A DNA stretch of 64,000 nucleotides from an uncultured Gemmatimonadales bacterium (GTDB taxonomy: Bacteria; Gemmatimonadota; Gemmatimonadetes; Gemmatimonadales; JACORV01), in assembly GCA_963806755.1 (NCBI GenBank), contig CAWDZR010000034.1:31223-95222 (forward strand), written 5' to 3'. This document shows positions 44,848 to 53,254 of the stretch, piece by piece (within the stretch, counting starts at the first letter, position 1; the number at the start of each line of letters is the position of its first letter). Position numbers and translations under genes: made by a program. Under the pieces are notes generated by a model, which was given only the letters and a program-made list of their open reading frames with translations, made no database searches and was not told where the DNA came from.

Positions 44848-46580
44848 GCGCGAAGAAGATCGGCGCCTTCATCTGCCACTGCGGCGGCAACATCTCCGAC
44901 TTCGTGGACGTGGAGCAGGTGCGGGCCGCGGCGGAGAAGGAAGCCGGAGTGGCGGTGGCCAAGACCTTCCTGTTCGCGTGCTCCGACGCGGCGCAGCAGG
45001 AGATGGAAGCCACCATCAAGGCCGAGGGGCTCGACGGGATCGTCGTCGCGTCGTGCTCGCCGAAGCTGCACCTCTCGACCTTCCGGGCGATGGCGCAGCG
45101 GGCCGGCTTGAACCCGTACATGTACACGCAGTGCAACGTGCGCGAGCAGTGCTCGTGGGCGCATCGCCACGCGACGGGGCCGGCGACGGCCAAGGCCACG
45201 GACCTCGTCCGGGCCGGCGTCGCCCGCACGCGGCTCGGCAGCCCGCTGACCGAGCTGCGGATCGAGACGACGCAGGCGGCGATCGTGATCGGCGCCGGCG
45301 TGGCGGGGATGCGGGCCGCGCTCGCCCTCGCCGACATGGGCGTCGCGGTGTACGTCGTCGAGCGCGCCGCCGAGGTGGGCGGGCGTATCCCGGCGTGGGG
45401 AAAGCTCTTCCCCAACGACCGCGACGGCGCCGACCTGGTGGCGACGCTGCGGCGCGAGCTGGCCACGCGAGAGAACGTCACCCTGCTGCTCGAGGCCGAG
45501 GTCGTCGAGAAGCGCGGGACCGTCGGGGACTTCACGGTGACCGTACGCGCCGGGAACGACACCCTGTCCTTGCACGTCGGCGCCATCGTCGTCGCCACCG
45601 GCTTCGACCCGTACGCACCGGCCGAGGGCGAGTTCGGCTACGGCCTTCCGGGCGTCGTGACCCTGCCCGAGTTCCGCGAGCTGCTGGCCCGGAACGGCCG
45701 CCCGCGCCGCTCCGACGGCCGGCCCGCGCGGACCATCGCCTACATCTACTGCGTGGGGAGCCGCCAGGCCGAGTCCGAGGCGTGCCCGAAGCCGAACCGC
45801 TACTGCTCGCGGTACTGCTGCAATGCGGCCGTGCACACCGCGCTCCTGGCCCGCGCCACGGCGGGTGGCGAGGCGATCGACCAGTACCACCTCTACCGCG
45901 ACATGCGGACGTACGGGAAGAACGAGTTGCTCTTCGAGGAGGCGGGGCGGAAGGGCTCCGTCTTCCTCCGCTTCGCCGACGACGCGCCGCCGGCGGTCGA
46001 GCGCGACGGCGAGGGCCTCCGCGTCCGGGTAAAGGACACCCTGATGACGGGCGAGGAGGTGGAGATCCCCGCCGACCTCGTGGTGCTGGTCACGGGGATG
46101 GTCCCGCGCGAAAACGCGACGCTGCTGCAGGCGCTGAAGCTCCCGCTCGATGCCGGCGGATTCTTCAACGAGATCCACCCCAAGCTGCGGCCCGTCGAGA
46201 CGGTGATCGACGGCGTGTTCATCGCCGGCACGGCGCAGGGCCCGAAGTCGCTGGCGGAGAGCGTGGCCAGCGGGCTCGCGGCCGTGTCGAAGGGCGCCGC
46301 GCTGCTGCTCAAGGGCTACGTGGACCTGCCCCCGCTGGTGGCGAGCGTGGACGCGGCGCAGTGCACCTGGTGCGGCGAATGCGCCGCCGCCTGCCCCTAC
46401 GAGGGCGCGGTCGAGAAGGTGCGGGTCGGCTCGAAGGAAGTCGCCACCATCCACGCCGAGCTGTGCAAGGGGTGTGGCGGCTGCGTGCCGGTGTGCGCCA
46501 GCGAGGCGATCGACCTCGCGGGCTACAGCAACGCGCAGATGCGCGCGATGATCGAGGCCCTGGCCGTGGAGGCCGCGTGA
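44844..46580 (+). CDS. HdrA-type flavoprotein with canonical architecture (N-terminal Cys domain, TrxR-like FAD domain, C-terminal 2x[4Fe-4S])
   Basis: ATGA overlap with the upstream gene. Motifs are FICHCGGNIS, AIVIGAGVAGM, CVGSRQ...CSRYCC, CTWCGECAAACP and CKGCGGCVPVC. Confidence 0.9.
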   Translation: MSAKKIGAFICHCGGNISDFVDVEQVRAAAEKEAGVAVAKTFLFACSDAAQQEMEATIKAEGLDGIVVASCSPKLHLSTFRAMAQRAGLNPYMYTQCNVREQCSWAHRHATGPATAKATDLVRAGVARTRLGSPLTELRIETTQAAIVIGAGVAGMRAALALADMGVAVYVVERAAEVGGRIPAWGKLFPNDRDGADLVATLRRELATRENVTLLLEAEVVEKRGTVGDFTVTVRAGNDTLSLHVGAIVVATGFDPYAPAEGEFGYGLPGVVTLPEFRELLARNGRPRRSDGRPARTIAYIYCVGSRQAESEACPKPNRYCSRYCCNAAVHTALLARATAGGEAIDQYHLYRDMRTYGKNELLFEEAGRKGSVFLRFADDAPPAVERDGEGLRVRVKDTLMTGEEVEIPADLVVLVTGMVPRENATLLQALKLPLDAGGFFNEIHPKLRPVETVIDGVFIAGTAQGPKSLAESVASGLAAVSKGAALLLKGYVDLPPLVASVDAAQCTWCGECAAACPYEGAVEKVRVGSKEVATIHAELCKGCGGCVPVCASEAIDLAGYSNAQMRAMIEALAVEAA

Positions 46581-46849
46581 GCGCGCCCGCGACGCCCCGC
46601 GCTCCCGCCGAGATCATGCGGGACGAGATGGTGATGCGCCCGAAGATCCTCGCGGCGCTCGCCGACGGGCCGAAGACCATCCCCGAAATCGCGGACGCGC
46701 TCGGCGCGCCGGCCCCGGAGGTCACGCTCTGGGTCATGGCGCTGCGCCGCTACGGGGCGCTGGAGGAGATGCCCAAGCCGAAGGCGGAGGACTACTACAG
46801 GTACCTGGCGGCGGGCACGGGGGCACAGGGGCACGGGGGCACGGAGTAG
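46577..46849 (+). CDS. small hypothetical protein (77-90 aa), possibly winged-helix-like
   Basis: High GC3. A GTGA overlap start is at 46577, with an alternative ATG at 46616. Has KILAALADGPKTIPEIADALG, and the 3' end is built from GGGGCACR repeats. Confidence 0.65.
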   Translation: MSAPATPRAPAEIMRDEMVMRPKILAALADGPKTIPEIADALGAPAPEVTLWVMALRRYGALEEMPKPKAEDYYRYLAAGTGAQGHGGTE

Positions 46850-46897
46850 GCGGGCACTGAGGACTGGGGTCTAGGGGCTAGGGGTTAGGGCTTAGGG
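46813..46897 (+). repeat. G-tract array (GGGGCACR x4, then GGGG-TCTA-GGGG-CTA-GGGG-TTA-GGG-CTTA-GGG) on the coding strand between the small gene and the qmoC-like gene
   Basis: Read directly from the sequence; it satisfies the G3+N1-7 x4 G-quadruplex motif. Confidence 0.8.
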
Positions 46898-46912
46898 ACA
46901 CACGAGGCGAAC

Positions 46913-48046
46913 ATGGCGGTGAGGCTGGATCCGGGGTTGCATCGCGAGATCGCGAAGTACGGCGGCGGGGACGTCACCGCGTGCATGAACTGCGGCAACT
47001 GCACGGCGACCTGCCCGCTCTCGACCGACACGCAGGGCTTCCCGCGGCAGATCATCCACCTGCTCCAGGTGGGCAACCGTGAGAGGCTGCGGACGTCGCT
47101 CGAGCCGTGGCTGTGCTACTACTGCGGCGAGTGCTCGGAGACGTGCCCGCGCGACGCGAACCCCGCCGAGACGATGATGGCCGCGCGCCGCTGGCTCACC
47201 GGCCAGTACGACTGGACCGGGATCGGCGGGCGGATCTACGCCTCGAAGTGGGTCCAGCTGGCCGCGGTGCTCCTCGTGGGGCTGGCGATCGCCGGCCTGT
47301 TCGTGCTGCTGCACGGCCCCGTGGTGACCACCACCGTAGCGCTCAACACCTTCGCGCCGGTGGAATGGGTCGAGCGCGCCGACTGGATCATGGCCGGCAC
47401 GCTCTCGATCCTGCTGCTCTCCAACGTGTGGCGCATGTACCGCTTCGTCATGCGCCCGGTGACCGGCGCGGCGATCCCGGTCGGCGTCCTGGTGCGCGAA
47501 GCGAAGACATTCGTCCTCCACTTCGTCACGCAGATGCGCTGGCGCGCCTGCACGACCAGCCGGTTCCGGTGGCTCAAGCACCTGCTCCTGGTGAGCGGCT
47601 ACGTCACGATGATGGTGCTGGTCGAGGTCTTCCTCCGCGCGTTCCAGACCGACCAGGTCGTCCCGTTCTGGCACCCGACGCGGCTGTTCGGCTATTACGC
47701 GACCGCCGTGATCCTCTACGGCACGGGAGACTTCATCGTCGGGCGCATCCGCAAGGGCGACTGGATCCACAAGCACTCGCACTTCAGCGACTGGGTGTTC
47801 GTGGGGCTGCTGTTCCTGGTCGCGCTGACCGGGATCCTGGTCCACATCGCGCGCGTCTCCGGGCACCCGATCGCCACCTACGACCTCTACGTGATCCACC
47901 TCGCCGTGGTGGCCCCGTTCCTGATTCTGCAGGTCCCGTTCGGCAAGTGGAGTCACATGTTCTACCGCCCCTTCGCGATGTACCTCGATGCGGTGCGGAA
48001 CCGGTTGCAGGCCGCCGCGGCCCCGGCGCTGGAGCGCGCGGCGTGA
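46913..48046 (+). CDS. QmoC-like fusion: HdrC-type 2x[4Fe-4S] domain plus HdrE/DsrM/NarI-type membrane di-heme b domain
   Basis: CMNCGNCTATCP and CYYCGECSETCP, then 6 TM helices with conserved His residues and FGKWSHMFYRP. Confidence 0.85.
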   Translation: MAVRLDPGLHREIAKYGGGDVTACMNCGNCTATCPLSTDTQGFPRQIIHLLQVGNRERLRTSLEPWLCYYCGECSETCPRDANPAETMMAARRWLTGQYDWTGIGGRIYASKWVQLAAVLLVGLAIAGLFVLLHGPVVTTTVALNTFAPVEWVERADWIMAGTLSILLLSNVWRMYRFVMRPVTGAAIPVGVLVREAKTFVLHFVTQMRWRACTTSRFRWLKHLLLVSGYVTMMVLVEVFLRAFQTDQVVPFWHPTRLFGYYATAVILYGTGDFIVGRIRKGDWIHKHSHFSDWVFVGLLFLVALTGILVHIARVSGHPIATYDLYVIHLAVVAPFLILQVPFGKWSHMFYRPFAMYLDAVRNRLQAAAAPALERAA

Positions 48047-48063
48047 ACCTCAAGGAGACAGCC

Positions 48064-48438
48064 ATGCCGGAGACCAACGAAGAGAAGATCGTCGTCATCG
48101 CCACCCACGGCGCCGAGGACCCCGAGCGGGCCACGCTGCCGTTCGTCGTGGCGAATGCGGCGCAAGCGATGGACACCAAGGCCGTGGTGATCCTCCAGGG
48201 GTACGCGGTCACGCTCGCGACGCCGGGTGTGTACGAGCACGTGTTCGCATCCGGCATGCCCGCCCTCAAGGAGCTCGTGGACGGCTTCCTGAAGCAGGGC
48301 GGCGAGTTGCTGGTCTGCACGCCGTGCATCAAGTCCAGGCAGATCGCGCCGGAAACGCTCATTCCCGGCGGCAAGCCCATCGCAGCCGCACGGGTCGTGC
48401 AGGAATGTCTCGAAGCGAAGGCCACGCTGAACTACTGA
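48064..48438 (+). CDS. DsrE-family sulfur-relay protein
   Basis: AAGGAGA upstream. Pattern is KIVVIATHGAEDPERATLPF...LLVCTPCIKSRQI. Confidence 0.8.
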   Translation: MPETNEEKIVVIATHGAEDPERATLPFVVANAAQAMDTKAVVILQGYAVTLATPGVYEHVFASGMPALKELVDGFLKQGGELLVCTPCIKSRQIAPETLIPGGKPIAAARVVQECLEAKATLNY

Positions 48439-48469
48439 CGGGGCGCCGGGCGACACCCGGGCACTCCCC

Positions 48470-49933
48470 ATGAAAGGCGCGAAATCCATGCAACACAGAC
48501 TCGTTTCGGGATTCGTCGTGGCGCTCGGCCTCGCGGGCGCCGGCGCCGCCACGGCCCAGACCGCCGGCTATCTCCTCCCCTGCTCGTCCGCGTCGCAGCT
48601 GGGGCGCGGGTGCACGCTGCTCGCCGCGCAGGGCGACTTCTCCACCATCCTGGGCGACCCGGCCGCGCTGGCCGGACTCGGCGCGCGCGGCCTCACCGTC
48701 AGCGGCGCCGCGTTCATGCCCTCGCTGCACTACGCCAACGCGCTGAACCCCGGCCAGGACGGCAAGAACAACGTGTTCCCGATGCCGGCCGTGTTCTTCG
48801 CCGACCGGCAGCGCGGCCCGGTGACGCTGGGCCTCGGCGCGCAGACCATCGGCGGCATGGGCGCGGACTACTCGCTCGCCAACGCCGTGCTCGGCGCCGC
48901 GCAGCGCTACCACTCCAAGGTGGCCCTGATGAAGGGCGGCCTCGCCGCGGCGGTGCTGGTCGGTTCGAAGCTCTCGGTGGGCGCGATGGTGGGCGCCCTC
49001 TACGGCCAGCTCGAATTCGCGACGCCGTACAGCCTCAATCCCATGAGCCTCGCCGGCATGGCGGGCCTGGCCGCGGACCCGAGCTACGCCACGATGATGC
49101 AGAGCTTCACCGAGGCCACGGCCTACACCAACCTCACCGGCCTGACGGGCTTCGGCCTCACCGGCGGCCTGAGCGTGCACTACCAGCCCACGAGCGCGAT
49201 GACCGTCGCCCTCGCGTGGACCCCGGCGACCACGCTGACGCTGAGCGGCGGCACCGCGACGATGGACATGAACGCCCAGTTCGGGCTGCTCTACCAGGGC
49301 ATGGTCGCCGCGAAGGGCAGCGCCGCCGCCGTGAACGCCCAGCTGGCGGGTTTCGGCATCAACATGGCCAACGGCATGGCCACGAGCTTCCAGGCGGAGA
49401 CCGACTTCGGCATTCCGCAGACGCTGACGCTCGCCGTCGGCTTGCGCCCGTCCGACCGGCTGAGCGTCGGCGTGGACCTCGGGTGGATCGGCTACGCCAG
49501 CGCCTTCAAGACGATGCCGATGCGGATGACCGGCGGCACCAACGCCAACATCAACATCCTCATGAACGCGTCACCGACGAACGGCACCTTCGCCACGGCG
49601 TGGCCGCTCGACTGGAAGGACAGCTGGGTCGCCCGGGCCGGGGCCGAGTACGAGTTGACGCCGGCGCTGGCGCTCAGGGCGGGCGGGATCTACGGCTCCA
49701 ACCCGGTGCCGAGCAACACGCTGTTCACCATCTTCCCGGCCGTGGCCGAAGCCGCCGCGACGGTGGGTGTCGGATACCGGATGGGCAACGCCACGCTCGA
49801 CCTGGGCTACGCCCACACGTTCACCAACACGCAGACCGGCGCCACGCCGAGCCTGGTCGCGCAGGAGTACGCCGGCGCCACGAGCAGCCTCGGCGAAGAC
49901 CAGCTTTCGGCCGGCGTCACCTGGCGGTTCTAG
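48470..49933 (+). CDS. outer-membrane beta-barrel, FadL/OmpP1/TodX-like
   Basis: Signal peptide (AGAATAQ), alternating amphipathic beta-strands and a terminal ...GVTWRF aromatic residue. Confidence 0.7.
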   Translation: MKGAKSMQHRLVSGFVVALGLAGAGAATAQTAGYLLPCSSASQLGRGCTLLAAQGDFSTILGDPAALAGLGARGLTVSGAAFMPSLHYANALNPGQDGKNNVFPMPAVFFADRQRGPVTLGLGAQTIGGMGADYSLANAVLGAAQRYHSKVALMKGGLAAAVLVGSKLSVGAMVGALYGQLEFATPYSLNPMSLAGMAGLAADPSYATMMQSFTEATAYTNLTGLTGFGLTGGLSVHYQPTSAMTVALAWTPATTLTLSGGTATMDMNAQFGLLYQGMVAAKGSAAAVNAQLAGFGINMANGMATSFQAETDFGIPQTLTLAVGLRPSDRLSVGVDLGWIGYASAFKTMPMRMTGGTNANINILMNASPTNGTFATAWPLDWKDSWVARAGAEYELTPALALRAGGIYGSNPVPSNTLFTIFPAVAEAAATVGVGYRMGNATLDLGYAHTFTNTQTGATPSLVAQEYAGATSSLGEDQLSAGVTWRF

Positions 49934-49978
49934 CGTCTCGCTCGTGGGCGGGCGCAGCCCTCGGGCCGCGCATGCCAC

Positions 49979-50015
49979 GAAGCCCCGATCCGGCGCTCTG
50001 CCGGGTCGGGGCTTC
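49979..50015 (+). terminator. Rho-independent-type terminator after the outer-membrane barrel gene
   Basis: GAAGCCCCGAtCCGGC-gctct-GCCGGgTCGGGGCTTC followed by ggtgttt. Confidence 0.55.
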
Positions 50016-50069
50016 GGTGTTTCCGGCTCTGACGTCGGATCGCGCCCGGCGCAGGCCGGGCGCTGAGCG

Positions 50070-50549
50070 TCAGCTCGCCGCGCCCTCCGTCTGGTTGGCC
50101 AGGTAGTTGGGCAGGCCCATCTGCTCGATCTGGTCCCGCTGCGCCTCGGCCCAGTCCACGTGGCCCTCTTCCATCTTCAGGATCTTGGTGAGCAGCTCGA
50201 CCGTGCCGTTGTCGGACGACTCGCGGGCCAGCTTGATGCCCGCGTTGTAGGCCTTCACGGCGCCCAGCTCGTCCCCTTCATCGTTGCTGATCATTTCGGG
50301 AACGCTCTTGCCGATCTTCATCGGGTTGAGCTTGCTGACGACGGGTGAACCGTCCAGGAAGATGATGCGCTGAATGAGCCACTCGGCGTGGTGCATCTCG
50401 TCCATCGCCTGCTTCTCGATGGCGGCGTGCAGCTTGGGGTAGCCCCAGTTCTCGCACATCTCGGAGTGCACCATGTACTGGCTGATGGCCGTCAGCTCGT
50501 CGGCCAGGAGCTGGTTCAGGACCGTCAGCATCTGATCGTTACCCTTCAT
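50070..50549 (-). CDS. bfr: bacterioferritin
   Basis: Start MKGNDQMLTVLNQLLADELTAISQYM follows GGGAGG. Ferroxidase E/H ligands are present (DEMHHAEW, MEEGHVDW). A hairpin follows the stop at 50042-50063. Confidence 0.9.
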   Translation of the reverse strand: MKGNDQMLTVLNQLLADELTAISQYMVHSEMCENWGYPKLHAAIEKQAMDEMHHAEWLIQRIIFLDGSPVVSKLNPMKIGKSVPEMISNDEGDELGAVKAYNAGIKLARESSDNGTVELLTKILKMEEGHVDWAEAQRDQIEQMGLPNYLANQTEGAAS

Positions 50550-50808
50550 CTCGGCCTCCCATGTCATCCTTCAGGTATCCCGCCCGTGCGGGCGCCCCGA
50601 GTATAGTGCCGATCTCGGCATCCCGGATGGCCTGAACGTACGCAAACGACGGGCCGCAGGAAACGTGACCTGACACGTCGGAATTCGAGCGACGCCAGGA
50701 AGCCTGCGGCCAGGAGCCTCACGGGCCGCGACGGCTCAGCCGCCGGCACGTCGCGCTTGCGTCTGGGGCCGTCGCTGGTCAGACTTTGCTCCTCCCCCAG
50801 CCACGGAG

Positions 50809-51330
50809 ATGCAGATGCGGGTGACCGCCACCGGGTTCGTCGTCCTCGCCTTCGCCACGCTCGCGGGGTGCCAGTCGGGGCCGAAGCCGCTCACCGACGC
50901 CGACCGCGCCATGGGGCAGCACATGGACTCGATGTTCGCGGCGGCCGTCGGCGCGGGCGACGCCGAAGCCATGACGGCGCAGTACGCCCCCGATGCCATG
51001 GTCCTCCCGCCCAGCATGGCGATGGCGCACGGCACGGACCAGATCCGCCAGCTCTGGAAGGGCATGACGAGCGTGAAGGTGGCGCTGCAGCTGACGCAGG
51101 AAACCGCGGACGGCGCCGGCGACTTCATGTACACCACCGGCAAGTACCATTACCAGGAACTGCCGGCGGAGACGGGCGCCCACGAAGACGGCAAGTATCT
51201 CGAGGTCTTCCGCCGCGGCGCCGACGGCAAGTGGATGATCGTGGCCGACAGTTGGAGTCCGAACACGCCGCCGGCCCCGATGGCCCCGCCGGCTGCGCCC
51301 GCGAAGAAGGCGGCCGGCCGCTCCCGCTAG
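50809..51330 (+). CDS. SnoaL/DUF4440-like (NTF2-fold) lipoprotein
   Basis: Lipobox LAGC. Pattern is AEAMTAQYAPDAMVLPP...GKYLEVFRRGADGKWMIVADSW. Confidence 0.7.
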   Translation: MQMRVTATGFVVLAFATLAGCQSGPKPLTDADRAMGQHMDSMFAAAVGAGDAEAMTAQYAPDAMVLPPSMAMAHGTDQIRQLWKGMTSVKVALQLTQETADGAGDFMYTTGKYHYQELPAETGAHEDGKYLEVFRRGADGKWMIVADSWSPNTPPAPMAPPAAPAKKAAGRSR

Positions 51331-51348
51331 CGCTTCGGCACGAAGACG

Positions 51349-51379
51349 AAGGGCGCCCGACCGGTGGCCGGGCGCCCTT
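51349..51379. terminator. Bidirectional hairpin terminator between convergent genes
   Basis: AAGGGCGCCCG-accggtggc-CGGGCGCCCTT is a perfect 11-bp stem, followed by ggctttcgtggtt. Confidence 0.6.
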
Positions 51380-51420
51380 GGCTTTCGTGGTTGCGTTCCG
51401 TCAGGACGCTGTGCCGGGCC

Positions 51421-51987
51421 TCAGTGGCCGCCCGCCGACATCAGCGGCTCCAGCTCCTGCGCCGACCACGGCGTGCTGCGCGACGCCGTCGCGGTGCGCT
51501 GCGCGGCCACCGCCGCCGGCGTGACCGCCGACGCCGTATTCCCCCACGAGCTGCGGACGTACGTCAGCACCGCGGCCATCGCCGAATCGTCCATCGGCTG
51601 GTTCGTGCCGAAGGGCGGCATGGCGCTGTTGAAGCGCTGGTGCGCCACGGTGATCGGGCCGCTGAGCCCGTGCAGCACGACCCGGATCGGGACCGCGGGA
51701 TCCTTGGCGTTCGCCCACTCCGAGCCGGCCAGCGGCGGGAAGGCGCCGGCCATGCCCTTCCCGTTCAGCTGGTGGCAGGTGGCGCAACGCTGGTAGAGCT
51801 TCGCGCCGTCCGGTGCGGCCGCCGCCGCGCTCTCCGGCGCGGCGCCCATCGCGACGTCCGCGGAGTCGGCCGCTTGCGCGCCGTTCGCGTTCTTCGCCTG
51901 GCTGCCGCTGCAGCCCGCCAGGCCGAGCAGCGCGCCGAACGCGAGGACGGGTGTCCAGCGCGAGTGAGTGAGTTCCCGAAGCGCCAT
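51421..51987 (-). CDS. class-I c-type cytochrome lipoprotein
   Basis: Start MALRELTH at 51987, lipobox LAGC, heme motif CATCH, and a distal Met region (SAMPPFG). Confidence 0.85.
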   Translation of the reverse strand: MALRELTHSRWTPVLAFGALLGLAGCSGSQAKNANGAQAADSADVAMGAAPESAAAAAPDGAKLYQRCATCHQLNGKGMAGAFPPLAGSEWANAKDPAVPIRVVLHGLSGPITVAHQRFNSAMPPFGTNQPMDDSAMAAVLTYVRSSWGNTASAVTPAAVAAQRTATASRSTPWSAQELEPLMSAGGH

Positions 51988-52132
51988 GTGCTCCCTCCCG
52001 GACGAGTGCGGTGACCCGAGCTGCGGTGACAGCAAAGCCTAGCCCGACCGGGGACCGGCCCGCAAGCGGAGCGGGAAGTCGTGTTTCGGGTCGTGGAACG
52101 GAGGGACGGCTCCGGCGGGGAGCCGGCGCATC

Positions 52133-52513
52133 TCAGCTGCCGACGGAGAAGACCTGCACCACCACCGTGGCGCGGCTGGCGGGATCCCCGGCAAGCCGGG
52201 CGATGCGGATCGCCTGCCCCGGGCCGGACTCGACGTCCAGCACGCCGACGCCGGCGATCCGGAGCCGCTGGACGACCGGGCGCACCGGCGCGCGGGTCGC
52301 GGCGATCGAGTCGGGCAGCAGGCCGGCGTCCAGCACGGACGAGGAGACCATCGCCGACGCGCGCACCGCCGCTTCGCGCTGCGCTTGCGCCTGCCGGGCC
52401 AGGGCGGGGGCGCCGAGGAGCGCGGCCACGAGCACGGCCGCGCGAAGCGCGCCCGTGGCGCGGCGCGCCTGTGCCGGGATGCCGGCCACCCGTGGGAGCG
52501 ATGCGGCTGCCAT
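52133..52513 (-). CDS. hypothetical secreted protein
   Basis: Nearly uniform G/C at third positions and a signal-peptide-like N-terminus. The competing frames are Arg/Pro junk. Confidence 0.55.
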   Translation of the reverse strand: MAAASLPRVAGIPAQARRATGALRAAVLVAALLGAPALARQAQAQREAAVRASAMVSSSVLDAGLLPDSIAATRAPVRPVVQRLRIAGVGVLDVESGPGQAIRIARLAGDPASRATVVVQVFSVGS

Positions 52514-52624
52514 GGGTGACGAAGGTCGCGAATGCCGAGGCGCGCAGACATCGGATCATCGGGAAGGGACACGTGCGAGTACACCGACCCCGTGTGAGGG
52601 AAGCCTCACACGGCTCCGGCGGCG

Positions 52625-53254
52625 TCAGATCAGGCGGTGCTCGAGGGCGTAGCGGATGAGGTCGGCGTTGGTCCTGGCGCCCATCTTCTCCAGCACTCGC
52701 GAGCGGAAGGAGCTGACCGTCTTGGGGCTGACGCCGAGCCGCGAGGCGATCTCCTTGAGGCTCAGCCCCGAGGCGAGCATCCGCAGCACCTCGGCCTCCC
52801 GGGCGGACAGCAGCTCGTGGGGCTGCCTGGGCGTCCCTTCCGCCGCGCCGTCGGCGAGCCGTTCCGCGAGCGCGGCGCTGACGTAGCGGCGCCCCTGGGC
52901 CACGCGGCGCACCGCCTCGACGAGGTCGCCCGGAGCGTAGCCCTTGGTGAGGTAGCCGGCGGCGCCGGCGCGCAGGGCGTGCACGGCGTACTCCTCTTCC
53001 GGCTGCGCGCTCAGGACCAGCACCCGCGTGCCCGGGCCCGCGGCGGCCAACGCCCCCAGGACCTCGAGGTAGCTGGGACCCGGCATGCCGATGTCGAGCA
53101 CCACCACGTCGGCCCGCAGCCGCCGCGCCGCCTCCACCACCTCGTCCCCACGCCCGACCTCACCCACCACCTCGACTTCGGCGGCCCCCTCCAGGATGCG
53201 GCGCACCCCTTCGCGCACGACCGGGTGATCGTCGGCGATGAGCAACCGCGTCAT
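52625..53254 (-). CDS. NarL/FixJ-family response regulator
   Basis: LLIADDHPVVREG...VVVLDIGMPG receiver domain and LSAREAEVLRMLASGLSLKEIASRLGVSPKTV HTH. ATGA overlap with the kinase gene. Confidence 0.9.
   Translation of the reverse strand: MTRLLIADDHPVVREGVRRILEGAAEVEVVGEVGRGDEVVEAARRLRADVVVLDIGMPGPSYLEVLGALAAAGPGTRVLVLSAQPEEEYAVHALRAGAAGYLTKGYAPGDLVEAVRRVAQGRRYVSAALAERLADGAAEGTPRQPHELLSAREAEVLRMLASGLSLKEIASRLGVSPKTVSSFRSRVLEKMGARTNADLIRYALEHRLI

Noticed and set aside
39360-49933. Reading the Hdr-like cluster as a canonical QmoABC-AprAB, sHdr-LbpA, FlxABCD-HdrABC or Mvh-Hdr locus
   Set aside because: I inspected all six-frame translations in and around the cluster. I found no CCG-domain (HdrB), AprA/AprB, Sat, DsrAB, lipoate-binding protein or FlxA-D-like sequence. 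None of these labels fits.
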